Notes under the pieces: generated by a model
Database searches by the model: none
Seen by the model: only the letters and a program-made list of their open reading frames with translations
Told to the model about the DNA's origin: nothing
Program-made: the position numbers and the translations under genes
Shown: positions 31,556 to 40,369 of the stretch, one piece after another
Numbering within the stretch: position 1 is the first letter of the stretch
Layout of the letters: each line of letters starts with the position of its first letter
Assembly: GCA_963817895.1 (NCBI GenBank)
Contig: CAWFQB010000014.1
Coordinates: 704,001-768,000, forward strand
DNA from: an uncultured Chthonomonadaceae bacterium
GTDB lineage: Bacteria > Armatimonadota > Chthonomonadetes > Chthonomonadales > Chthonomonadaceae
Direction of reading: 5' to 3'
DNA: 64,000 bases

Positions 31556-31906
31556 AGCGCCCTGTTTGCCGCCCAACGTCCGGGCGCGTTCCGGGCAGAC
31601 ATTGCGGAAGACTACGCTTTTCAGAAAGTCTTAACCGCCTGTGTGACGTAGTGAAAGTGGAACACCTGTCAGGGCGCGTTCTGCCCGATTTGCGCAACTC
31701 GGAGTAGGACACGGACGCGAAACGCAAACATGTCAACCATGCCGCGCAGAACTTTGCCGCCCGTTGGCTGGAGTCAGAACTGCGCAAACGCAACTGCTAA
31801 CCTGCCCACTGCCTGCCCGTCTTTGAAGCCGACGGGCAGGCAGTGGGCAGGAATGCAAATAACTTATGACGACTTCAAGCGTTTAGTTGACATAGAAGGA
31901 GTGTTC

Positions 31907-32440
31907 CTACGCCAGCAATTGTTCATGTTCATCAATATGAAGAATTAATTTTGTTTCGCTGGATAGCTGTTGGTACAAAATTTCAATATTGCTATGTGCT
32001 TCATTCTCCCAGTTGTAGAAAAAATTGCGGCATGCTGTATTAAATTTAATGGTAAGTTCGCATATATTCTTGCTCAGAAGCCATTCATTGATAGCACAAT
32101 GAGTGGCAATGTCATTTGAAAGTAATAAAAAATCTTTGTGGCACTGATGCTGATATGCGATTTTGCTCTGGTTGTTCGGCTGATTGTCTAATATAGACAC
32201 GTACTTGAACACGTTGCCTGCGATTACCAAGAGTTCTTTTGCAACCTTGAAGCGTTCTGGGTATATAGTTTTGTAAAAATCCAATTGTCGGGCTTCTCTG
32301 GCAACTTCAATTTCCCGTTCTTTGAGGCGGCTATTCCATTTGTAGTTCAGGTACGGAGCCAGAACTCCACCAATCAAGCCGCCCGTAATCGTTCCCGCAA
32401 TCGTGAAAACGCAGTCCAAACGTCGGGAGGAATTGCCATT
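31907..32440 (-). CDS. Hypothetical AT-rich protein with N-terminal TM anchor (start uncertain, possible frameshift)
   Basis: TIAGTITGGLIGGVLAPYL TM segment followed by a helical region; atypical codon composition. Confidence 0.6.
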   Translation of the reverse strand, partial: NGNSSRRLDCVFTIAGTITGGLIGGVLAPYLNYKWNSRLKEREIEVAREARQLDFYKTIYPERFKVAKELLVIAGNVFKYVSILDNQPNNQSKIAYQHQCHKDFLLLSNDIATHCAINEWLLSKNICELTIKFNTACRNFFYNWENEAHSNIEILYQQLSSETKLILHIDEHEQLLA

Positions 32441-32713
32441 GTTGAATCTCCTGTCAGGATGTAGCAAACGTTGTGAACATCGTACCCCTTCCTGAACAAA
32501 GAGACGAACGAAAGAGTAAGCAGGATACCATAAACAGGCAGGCTAAGAAAGCAAGTACAAAGTCTGGTCCAGTGTGGCGGGCGTCCGGTTCCTGCCCTGA
32601 ACAAGCCACCTGTATATGGCGCGTGGGAAGTGATACCGCGCCGAAAAGTCCACAGGGCTACGAAAAGTACCTGATTTTAAGTTGTTACTAGATTCCAATG
32701 AATATATCTGATA

Positions 32714-32767
32714 TACTTACAGGCAGGTGAACCTAGCAAATTTGCTGAGTTCACCTGCCTGTAAGTA
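32714..32767 (+). promoter_or_regulatory. Long hairpin abutting the RBS of a small peptide gene
   Basis: Perfect 19-bp stem TACTTACAGGCAGGTGAAC / GTTCACCTGCCTGTAAGTA. Confidence 0.7.
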
Positions 32768-32775
32768 AGGGGGTG

Positions 32776-32877
32776 ATGAAGTTGTCCACCCTGGTTAATG
32801 TGATAGCCGTTGTCTCTGGAATTGTGACGGTTATCGCGTTCCTCATGGATCGGTACGACAAGCGTAAGCGCAAGTAA
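32776..32877 (+). CDS. 33-aa hydrophobic peptide, type I toxin/holin-like candidate (not in the ORF track)
   Basis: MKLSTLVNVIAVVSGIVTVIAFLMDRYDKRKRK; RBS AAGGGGGTG; downstream hairpin TTCCCCCGAAGTG...CACTTTGGGGGAA plus T-run. Confidence 0.6.
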   Translation: MKLSTLVNVIAVVSGIVTVIAFLMDRYDKRKRK

Positions 32878-32957
32878 CGGCGCATACGTAAAGTCTAACC
32901 GCTCCGTCTCATTCCCCCGAAGTGCTACCAACACTTTGGGGGAACATCTTTTTATCA

Positions 32958-32993
32958 CTCACTTTTCTGAGTGAGGAAATAATTTATAGATAC
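32958..32993 (+). CRISPR. Solitary CRISPR-repeat-like unit A (36 nt)
   Basis: CTCACTTTTCTGAGTGAGGAAATAATTTATAGATAC: 5' hairpin CTCACT/AGTGAG and 3' end resembling the ATGGAAAC/ATTGAAAC handle; single copy. Confidence 0.4.
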
Positions 32994-33052
32994 CTGCTTG
33001 CAAACTACGTAGTTTGCAATGGATACAGGCCCAAAAAAGAGGGTTCAACCCT

Positions 33053-33089
33053 GTTTCAATCCTCGTGATAGGTTTTCAAACGATGCAAT
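33053..33089 (-). CRISPR. Solitary CRISPR-repeat-like unit B (37 nt)
   Basis: Minus strand ATTGCATCGTTTGAAAACCTATCACGAGGATTGAAAC: canonical length, ATTGAAAC 3' handle, short CCT/AGG stem; single copy. Confidence 0.55.
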
Positions 33090-33619
33090 CGGGTTATCGG
33101 CACTATTGGCCGATTGCTAGTCGGTAAGCAGGCCGACGTTTGGCACGTTACGTAACGTGCGTCAAGGTCTTTGAATAAAGTATACACCAAAAAAGGAATT
33201 ATGGGTGTTTTTCCCAGTAACTTTAGGGGTTTCGGAACTTTTTTAAGTATTTTTGCTATGTTTCCGGTATTGCCTACAGACCAACGAAACCGCTAAAAAA
33301 GGGGAAGAGCACAATACCACGCCCTCAACTGCCTGCTTCTGCAAAGATGCGGGTTTTATATCAGCAGGCGTTTGTGAACAAGTCCGGTATTGAAGAACGC
33401 TACCTCCATATCATCAACGGAGTGGGCTACAATGTACAATCATCCGGCTTGCAGTATTTTGGCATGTTCCGCTATTTGCCCACCACTCAAAACTACTTTA
33501 CCTACTTTCACTTCAATGTAGGTGGAATACAGCGCGTTGCCGCCCGCAGGAAGTTTCCTGCGGGCGGCGTTTTATCAACAATCAACCTTGCTTTGTGGCA
33601 TAACCTGCTCAGGCCGGAT

Positions 33620-34491
33620 TTAGAAGGGGCTTGAGCGTTTCGGTTGCCCATTGCTGTAGGGTTGTGGGCGTGGTGGTTTCCGGGGTGCGCGGTTCGGCGG
33701 CATAGATGCCCTGCTCGAAGGCAGTGAGCATCTGCACGTAGTTGTGCGGCCATATCGGGTGAGGCTCCCATTTGCAGGAACGTTTGCTGTATCTGCTCTG
33801 CGGGAATCTGTACGTACTGAATGGTTTTGCCGGTCGCCTCGCTGATGATTTGCGCGGCTTGATTGGGCGTTACATCCGCCGCGCCCTGTACCGCCAGCGT
33901 GAGTTTGCCCTGCCAAGAGCGATCCAGCAGTTTGTGGGCGGCGACGTGGGCAATGTCACGAGTGGCGACCATCGGCATGGGCAGGTCGGGGCGGTTCAGG
34001 CTGTAAAACGCGCCCTGATCGCGCAGGGTGGGCAGATACATCAGAAAATTTTCCATAAAGAAGCCACAGCGCAAACTCAGCACGTTCGCGTTTGTGGCGT
34101 TGAGCGCGTCTTCGATGCGGTACGTTTCCGATACCAGACCCGCGTTCCGACTGCCGCCCCCGACGCTGGAAATAAACACGACGTGGGGAATGTTGTTGGC
34201 CTGCACCGCGCCCACTGCCGCATCGCTTAAACTCTGGTAATAGGCGCGAATATCGGGCGCGGCGAAATTGGGCGGAGGGAGAAAGAACAGCGCTTCCGCG
34301 CCTGCCGTCGCCTGCTGCACAAAATCCGCGTTCTGCAATTCGCCCTGCGCCACGCGGACGCGGCTGCGAACGTCGCTGTCCAGTTTGTCCGGGTTGCGGA
34401 CGAGCAGAGTCAGGTCGGCATTGGCGGCAAGCAGATGGTGTACAAGGTGGCTGCCGATGTTGCCGGTCGGCGCGGTAATTGCAATAGTCAT
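33620..34491 (-). CDS. NmrA-like NAD(P)H-binding protein; frameshift near 33745
   Basis: TAPTGNIGS Rossmann motif, LRCGFFMEN, VATRDIA; terminator hairpin at about 33539-33570. Confidence 0.88.
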
Positions 34492-34685
34492 GATTTGGGT
34501 TCCTTTTCCATGCCGCTTGTGCAGGGCATGTTGGCGTTCATCCGTATACGCGCGAATGATACTGTTCTTACGCTCCGGCTTCTGGACAAATTCTGCTCAA
34601 TACGCCGTAACATCGCTAATCATCCACAGCAGGTCCGACCTACTCTTTTGCTCTGGTTGAGGTTCCGTGTGGTACACTAAAACAA

Positions 34686-35099
34686 ATGGCGGAAACGAAC
34701 GCGGAAAAAGCAAAGCGTTGGCGGGAAGCAGCCCTTGTCACGTTGAACACGGCGAAACAGCTTCGGAATCAAGCGGACGCGCGTTCCTGCGTCAGCCGCG
34801 CCTACTACGCTGTTTTCCAAATGGTCACTTCCGTATGTATCGCGCATGGCGACTCTACGCAGTTTCCGTCGGGTTGGAACAATCCTTCACATGAACAGTT
34901 GCCTGAGTTGATTTTCAAGAATGGGAACTACTCAATGTCTACCCGACGAACTGTTCGAAGGATACTGAAGGAGATGCGAGTCTTGCGTGAAGACGCGGAT
35001 TATCGCGTCGGGCGAACGGTAGACGCTCAATCTGCCCAAACCGCTTTACAGATGGCTCACGCTATTTTTGAGCGACTGGAGAACCCACATGATTTCTGA
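34686..35099 (+). CDS. HEPN domain protein
   Basis: SRAYYAVF, H in SHEQL, and REDADY motif typical of DUF86/UPF0332-like HEPN proteins. Confidence 0.85.
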   Translation: MAETNAEKAKRWREAALVTLNTAKQLRNQADARSCVSRAYYAVFQMVTSVCIAHGDSTQFPSGWNNPSHEQLPELIFKNGNYSMSTRRTVRRILKEMRVLREDADYRVGRTVDAQSAQTALQMAHAIFERLENPHDF

Positions 35100-35358
35100 A
35101 ACCATGACTCCGCAGGAAGTGGCGGATCGGGTACGCCCGTATGTTGCCAACAAGAGAGTGGGAACAATCGCGCTTTCCATAGACGAAGCGCGGATTCAAC
35201 TGCGAAACGGTTACTGGCGCGTTCCCGTGCGTCCTGCCGTGGAACCGAAGCCCCTTTTCGCGTACTATGAGGCGCTTGCCGAGATTGATGACGAGATTCA
35301 GGATGGGGAAGATATTAAGGTCACTATTTCGTCAGGCGATCCCCTGAGCGAAGAATAG
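35089..35358 (+). CDS. Small acidic hypothetical protein, putative HEPN partner
   Basis: Overlaps the HEPN stop, GGAG RBS, 89 aa. Confidence 0.7.
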   Translation: MISETMTPQEVADRVRPYVANKRVGTIALSIDEARIQLRNGYWRVPVRPAVEPKPLFAYYEALAEIDDEIQDGEDIKVTISSGDPLSEE

Positions 35359-35386
35359 ACAATCTGAAGCCGCCAACGTTTTTGAT

Positions 35387-35438
35387 AAAAAGCCCAAAGG
35401 GAAGGATTCTGTTTTTAGAATCCCTCCCTTCGGGCTTT
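35387..35438. terminator. Bidirectional intrinsic terminator
   Basis: AAAAAGCCCAAAGGGAAGGATTCT...AGAATCCCTCCCTTCGGGCTTT between convergent genes. Confidence 0.7.
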
Positions 35439-35450
35439 GGTTTGCAAGCG

Positions 35451-36098
35451 TTACACAGGAACGGCCTGAACGTACTGCCGCGCGGCTTCCACTTCAGCGG
35501 CAGTGAGCGCGTGTCCTCCTGTATGCCAGTGCAGAGTTACGTTTGCGCCTGACGCTTCCAGCAGTTGCGCCAATTGCATCGTGTCGGCGGGAGGAACAAT
35601 GGGGTCATTTTGCCCCGCGCCGATGAAGATAGATTTGCCGCGCAGGTCGGGCAGGATTTCCGGCATGAACGGCGTCATGGGGTGCAACAAAATCGCGCCC
35701 GCCAATGTTTCCGGCAGTCGCAGCAGCAGGCTTGCCGCGATATTGGCCCCGTTGGAGAAGCCCACAGCGATTACGCGCTTCGGGTCGAATCCGTATTCCC
35801 CCGCGCTTTGTTCGATGTATTCCGCCAATTCCCGTGTTCGGAGCCGCAAATCCTCCTGATCGAACACGCCCTCCGCGAGCCGTCGGAAAAAGCGCGGCAT
35901 CCCCCGTTCCAGAACTTTGCCGCGCGGACTGAGCAGGTTCGCGCCCGGAAGCAGTTGCTGTCCGAGCGGAAGCAGGTCGCGCTCGTTGCCGCCCGTGCCG
36001 TGCAGCAGGAGCAGTGTGGGCGCAGTCGAAACACTCTGCGCGGGAACCCACTCATGCGTAAACGCAAGCGTATTTGTAGTTGTTGCAGTCATAATCAT
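35451..36098 (-). CDS. Alpha/beta hydrolase (phospholipase/carboxylesterase, MhqD-like)
   Basis: LLHGTGG, GFSNGA nucleophile motif, DPI and GGH. Confidence 0.9.
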   Translation of the reverse strand: MIMTATTTNTLAFTHEWVPAQSVSTAPTLLLLHGTGGNERDLLPLGQQLLPGANLLSPRGKVLERGMPRFFRRLAEGVFDQEDLRLRTRELAEYIEQSAGEYGFDPKRVIAVGFSNGANIAASLLLRLPETLAGAILLHPMTPFMPEILPDLRGKSIFIGAGQNDPIVPPADTMQLAQLLEASGANVTLHWHTGGHALTAAEVEAARQYVQAVPV

Positions 36099-37054
36099 GC
36101 CTCCTGAAGCGTTTTCGGCAGGGTGATGGTCGGCAACCCCTTCTGTATCTGCGCCCTCTCCGGTTCCAGCCATTCCGGCAGGCGCAGGGTGGTTCCCAAC
36201 GTTTCCAATGGCTCATCGGCTGTGAAACCCGGATGGTCGGTGGCGATCTCGAACAACACGCCGCCCGGTTCGCGGAAATAGATGGAGTGGAAATACTGCC
36301 TGTCCATCACGGGAGAAACCGCAAACCGCTGCTGCGTCAATTGCGCCTGCCACTGCTCCTGCTGCGCGTCCGTAGCCGTTCGCCATGCCACATGATGTAC
36401 GTCGCCCACACCCGATGCGCTTTGCGGCAGTTCCGGCAGGGTGAGCAGGTCTACACGTCGGGCCGTTCCCTGCTCACCGGCGACATAGCGTACGCGGTTC
36501 CCCTCTTCTCCCGCCTGCTGAAATCCCATTGTTTCCGTCAGCAATCTGGCGGTTCGCGTCGGGGACGCAAGCGCGAGGGTGACGCTGTGAAAGCCCCGCG
36601 TGGCGTAATCGAGTGGAATCCCGCCGCCCTGCCAGCCTGCGTTTTTCCCTGCCTGCACATCTGTGACCAGTTCCAGCGGCAGGCCATCGGGATCGGCAAA
36701 CGCCAGAACCTCCTCATCCCACCGCGTAATCGGCTTCTCATAACGAACGTTGCGCCGCGCAAACCTGTCCTGCCAGTATCCCAGACTCTCCGGGGGAACG
36801 GCAAATGATGTGACAGCCACTTGCCCCGTTCCCTGCCGTCCCTTGCGTCCGTCGGGCCACGCGAAAAAGGTCAGAATCGAGCCGGGGCTGCCCGCCTCGT
36901 CGCCGTAATAAAAGTGATAGGAACCCGGATCGTCGTAGTTTATCGTGATTTTGACCAGACGCAACCCCAATACCTGCGTGTAGAAGTTGACGTTTTGCTG
37001 CGCGTCGCCCGCAATCGCGGTGACATGGTGAATACCCGAAATTCGCTTTTCCAT
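36095..37054 (-). CDS. Ring-cleaving dioxygenase (VOC family, MhqO-like)
   Basis: GIHHVTAI, YHFYYGD, VHHVAWR and DRQYFHSIYFREPGGVLFEIATD motifs. Confidence 0.93.
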   Translation of the reverse strand: MEKRISGIHHVTAIAGDAQQNVNFYTQVLGLRLVKITINYDDPGSYHFYYGDEAGSPGSILTFFAWPDGRKGRQGTGQVAVTSFAVPPESLGYWQDRFARRNVRYEKPITRWDEEVLAFADPDGLPLELVTDVQAGKNAGWQGGGIPLDYATRGFHSVTLALASPTRTARLLTETMGFQQAGEEGNRVRYVAGEQGTARRVDLLTLPELPQSASGVGDVHHVAWRTATDAQQEQWQAQLTQQRFAVSPVMDRQYFHSIYFREPGGVLFEIATDHPGFTADEPLETLGTTLRLPEWLEPERAQIQKGLPTITLPKTLQEA

Positions 37055-37512
37055 GTTGTTTAATCCCGTCCTGATGCGCTGATGCGTATAACTTTCTGAT
37101 TATCCGTGAGAATGGTCTCTGCCAACGAAAGTTATTTGTTCCTATCAACGATCCGCCACTGGTTTTTGCTGCATGAGTGCGGTATAATGGCATGGCTTCG
37201 CTTCCACTGCTCGTACCGCCAGGCATTGTCGGGCCTGTTGGGAAGCGCCAGGATAGAGGAAATGTCTACCGATTGCAGTGCCAGTACCTACGGTCGTCGC
37301 GGCAGCGCAGAAGATGCAGACTTGCCCCGGCAGGACCGCCCCTAGCCTTTCTCCCCGGAGCGCGGCAGGGCTTTCCTGCGCGTTCAAGTCTCTGATTCAT
37401 CCTCCGTTTGCCATGACGATATCCTGAACCGTTTGACGCCCCACTTGTCGGCGTGATTTATTCTGTCACGTCCGGCGAAATGCGTCTGCATCCCATCCGG
37501 GGAGATTTCGCC

Positions 37513-38790
37513 ATGCTCAACCCACCGTTGCGGCAGCGCTTCGCGTCGAGTCGCCTGTTCGTGTTCCTCAGCATCCTGGGGCCGGGTATCATTGCCGCCA
37601 ACGCGGACAATGACGCCAGTGGCATCTATGGCTATTCGCTGGCGGGCGCGCAATATCGTTACGCCATGTTGTGGGTGCTGGTGCTGTCTACCATCTCGCT
37701 CGGCGTGGCGCAGGAGATTTGCGCCCGCATGGGAGCCGTGACCGGCAAAGGGCTGGCCGATCTCATCCGCGAAGAGTACGGCGTCAAAATTACCCTGTTC
37801 GCCATGCTCGCGCTCCTTGCCGCCAACTTTGCCACAACGGTTTCCGAGTTCGCGGGCATTCTGGCTGCGGCGCAATTGTTTGCCGGTCCGAACGCGCGTT
37901 TCTGGGTGTTGCCCCTGGTTGCGGGCGTGGTGTGGATGCTGGTAGCGAAAGGTTCCTACAAGCGGCTGGAACGTATTCTGCTTGGCGCGTCGCTGGTGTA
38001 TCTGCTTTATATCGTGTCCGCGTTTCTGGCGCATCCTCAGTGGGGGCAGGTGGCGAAAGAGACGTTCGTTCCCGACTTCAAAGGCATTTCGCCGTTCAAA
38101 GACTACGTGTTTATGATTATCAACGTGGTCGGCACAACCATCACGCCCTGGGGACAGTTCTACATCCAATCTTCTGTGCGCGACAAGGGTATACGGGCAA
38201 GCAACTACGCGCATACGCGCATTGACGTGCTGTTCGGGGCGTTTTTCACCAACTTAATCGCCTTCTTTATTATCGTCTGCTGCGGCGCCACTCTGTTCGC
38301 GGCGGGCATTCATCAGGTGGAGGATGCCGGACAGGTTGCCAGAGCGCTGACGCCGCTTGCCGGCTCGCTGGCAACGGTTTTGTTCGCCATCGGCCTGTTC
38401 AACGCTTCGTGCTTTGGCGCTATCGCGGTTCCACTTTCTACGGCATACGCCATTACGGAATCGCTTGGTTCTGAAAGCGCGTTGGGGATGCGGACGAAAG
38501 AGGCTCCGCTGTTCATCGGCACGTTCACGTTTCTGATTGTGGCTTCGGCTCTGCTCGTCATGTTTTTCCCTTCCCATCTGACGATGCTCATTCTGCTGCC
38601 CAACATCATCGGCGCGGCGCTGCTGCCCATTATTCTTGTCCTGATGCTGCTGCTTGTCAACAACAAGCGGCTCATGGGGGAGTACACCAACAGCCGCATC
38701 TACAACGCCATTGCCTGGACAACAACTGTAGTTCTCACTATTTTATCGCTGATACTGTTCATAACCAACGTATTTCCGGTGGGACGCTGA
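37513..38790 (+). CDS. NRAMP-family transporter of the Mg2+-transporting NRMT type
   Basis: GPG...DNDASG instead of DPGN; GTTITPW instead of MPH; QEICARMGAVTGKGL. Confidence 0.88.
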   Translation: MLNPPLRQRFASSRLFVFLSILGPGIIAANADNDASGIYGYSLAGAQYRYAMLWVLVLSTISLGVAQEICARMGAVTGKGLADLIREEYGVKITLFAMLALLAANFATTVSEFAGILAAAQLFAGPNARFWVLPLVAGVVWMLVAKGSYKRLERILLGASLVYLLYIVSAFLAHPQWGQVAKETFVPDFKGISPFKDYVFMIINVVGTTITPWGQFYIQSSVRDKGIRASNYAHTRIDVLFGAFFTNLIAFFIIVCCGATLFAAGIHQVEDAGQVARALTPLAGSLATVLFAIGLFNASCFGAIAVPLSTAYAITESLGSESALGMRTKEAPLFIGTFTFLIVASALLVMFFPSHLTMLILLPNIIGAALLPIILVLMLLLVNNKRLMGEYTNSRIYNAIAWTTTVVLTILSLILFITNVFPVGR

Positions 38791-38806
38791 AAGGAGATTT
38801 ACCAAT

Positions 38807-40243
38807 ATGATTTGGAAATTTCGCTTTACAGGCAGGCGGCTTGCGCGGTTTGTCACTACAGCATCCCTGCTGTTCACGTTGTGCCAACTCTCCCATAGCG
38901 CGTCTGCGCAGGGCGAACCGACGCCTTCGAGCGGCAATCCGCAAAAGCCGACGCAGCCCGAATCTCCCACCCTGCCGCCCCGCGCCCTGCTTCCTTATGA
39001 ACTCGGCTTACAGGCAACCCTCATAGATCAGCAGTTGTTCAAGTTTCACAGCCCGTATTCGGGGCCGCTCAGTCTGCGTTCCCGCAACGAAAACGAGAAA
39101 TCCGATACCTATACGTTGTATCTCGGCGTACAGTTGACGCCGGGATTGGAAGCGTTTCTGAACCCGGAAATGGCGCGGGGCAACGGGCTGAGTACCGCAA
39201 CCGGGCTGGCGGGGTTCACGAATGGCGACGTGATTCGTAACCCCACGCTCGGACAGCAACCCTATCTCGGACGCTATCTGCTGCGCGGCACAATCCCCGT
39301 CGGCAAAGGGGAAGAAGAGATTCAACCGGGTGAAAACCAGATCGCCGGCACGAAACGCCCCCTGCATCGGGTCGTGGTCACACTGGGCAAATTGGGAACC
39401 AACGACATATTTGACACCAACGCTTACGCCAACAGCACCCGGACGCAATTTATGAACTGGTCGCTCATCAACAACGGCGCATTCGACTATGCGGCGGACA
39501 CGCGGGGATATTCGCAGGGATTGGCGGCGGAATGGATCAACCCCAATTGGGCGTTCCGCATCGGCGCGTTTCAAATGCCCACCGAAGCCAACGGCATCAA
39601 CCTTTCCGGCGATCTTATCCACAGCCGGGGCGATCAGGCCGAGGCAGAACTGCATCCGCATCTGTTGCCACATAAAAATCCGCTTGTCCTGCGGCTGTTG
39701 GGCTATCGTAACTTCGCCCGCATGGGCGACTATCGGCTGGCGGTTGCGCAGGCGCAGCAGGCGGGAACAACGCCGGATATTACCACGACGCGGAAGCGCG
39801 GAAATGTCAAATACGGCTTCGGCGTCAACTTCGAGCAGCCGCTTGCGGATGGCGGGAATACGGGCGTGTTCGGGCGCTACGGCTGGAACGACGGACGAAC
39901 GGAGAGTTTCGCGTATACGGAAGTAGACCGTACGCTCTCTCTTGGCGGGCAGCTTTCCGGCAGGCATTGGAAGCGCCCCGACGACCGATTGGCTCTTGCC
40001 CTTGTGCAGAACGACCTTTCGAGTCCGCACAAAGATTATCTCGCGGAAGGGGGGCAGGGCTTCCTGCTTGGGGATGGCAAACTTACCTACGGCCCGGAAC
40101 AGATTCTGGAAACGTACTACTCGTTTCAAGTGGCAAAACCATTGGCCCTATCGCTGGACTACCAATTTATCAACAATCCCGGCTACAACAAAGATCGCGG
40201 CCCGCTCTCCGTATTGTCGTTTCGAGCGCATTTAGAATTCTAA
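38807..40243 (+). CDS. OprB-family outer-membrane porin (MnoP-like metal porin)
   Basis: Signal peptide, FDTNAYA, FMNWSL, ETYY, DYQFINNPGYNKDRGP and C-terminal Phe. Confidence 0.85.
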   Translation: MIWKFRFTGRRLARFVTTASLLFTLCQLSHSASAQGEPTPSSGNPQKPTQPESPTLPPRALLPYELGLQATLIDQQLFKFHSPYSGPLSLRSRNENEKSDTYTLYLGVQLTPGLEAFLNPEMARGNGLSTATGLAGFTNGDVIRNPTLGQQPYLGRYLLRGTIPVGKGEEEIQPGENQIAGTKRPLHRVVVTLGKLGTNDIFDTNAYANSTRTQFMNWSLINNGAFDYAADTRGYSQGLAAEWINPNWAFRIGAFQMPTEANGINLSGDLIHSRGDQAEAELHPHLLPHKNPLVLRLLGYRNFARMGDYRLAVAQAQQAGTTPDITTTRKRGNVKYGFGVNFEQPLADGGNTGVFGRYGWNDGRTESFAYTEVDRTLSLGGQLSGRHWKRPDDRLALALVQNDLSSPHKDYLAEGGQGFLLGDGKLTYGPEQILETYYSFQVAKPLALSLDYQFINNPGYNKDRGPLSVLSFRAHLEF

Positions 40244-40369
40244 AATTACGCCGACACAATCAGGTTGAATACAGACACGCTTCGTTTCAGGCAAGCCGTC
40301 AACGAATTCGCGGCGAAAACGTAGATGAGTTTACTGCACAATAGTTAAGCCTTTTGGGAAGGACGCCCC

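Noticed and set aside
32958..33089. Conventional CRISPR array
   Set aside because: The two units differ in sequence and orientation, each occurs once, and no cas genes are in the window. Kept only as solitary repeat-like units.
37190..37512. M-box (ykoK) or yybP-ykoY riboswitch
   Set aside because: Consensus elements were not recognisable by eye; a covariance-model search is needed.
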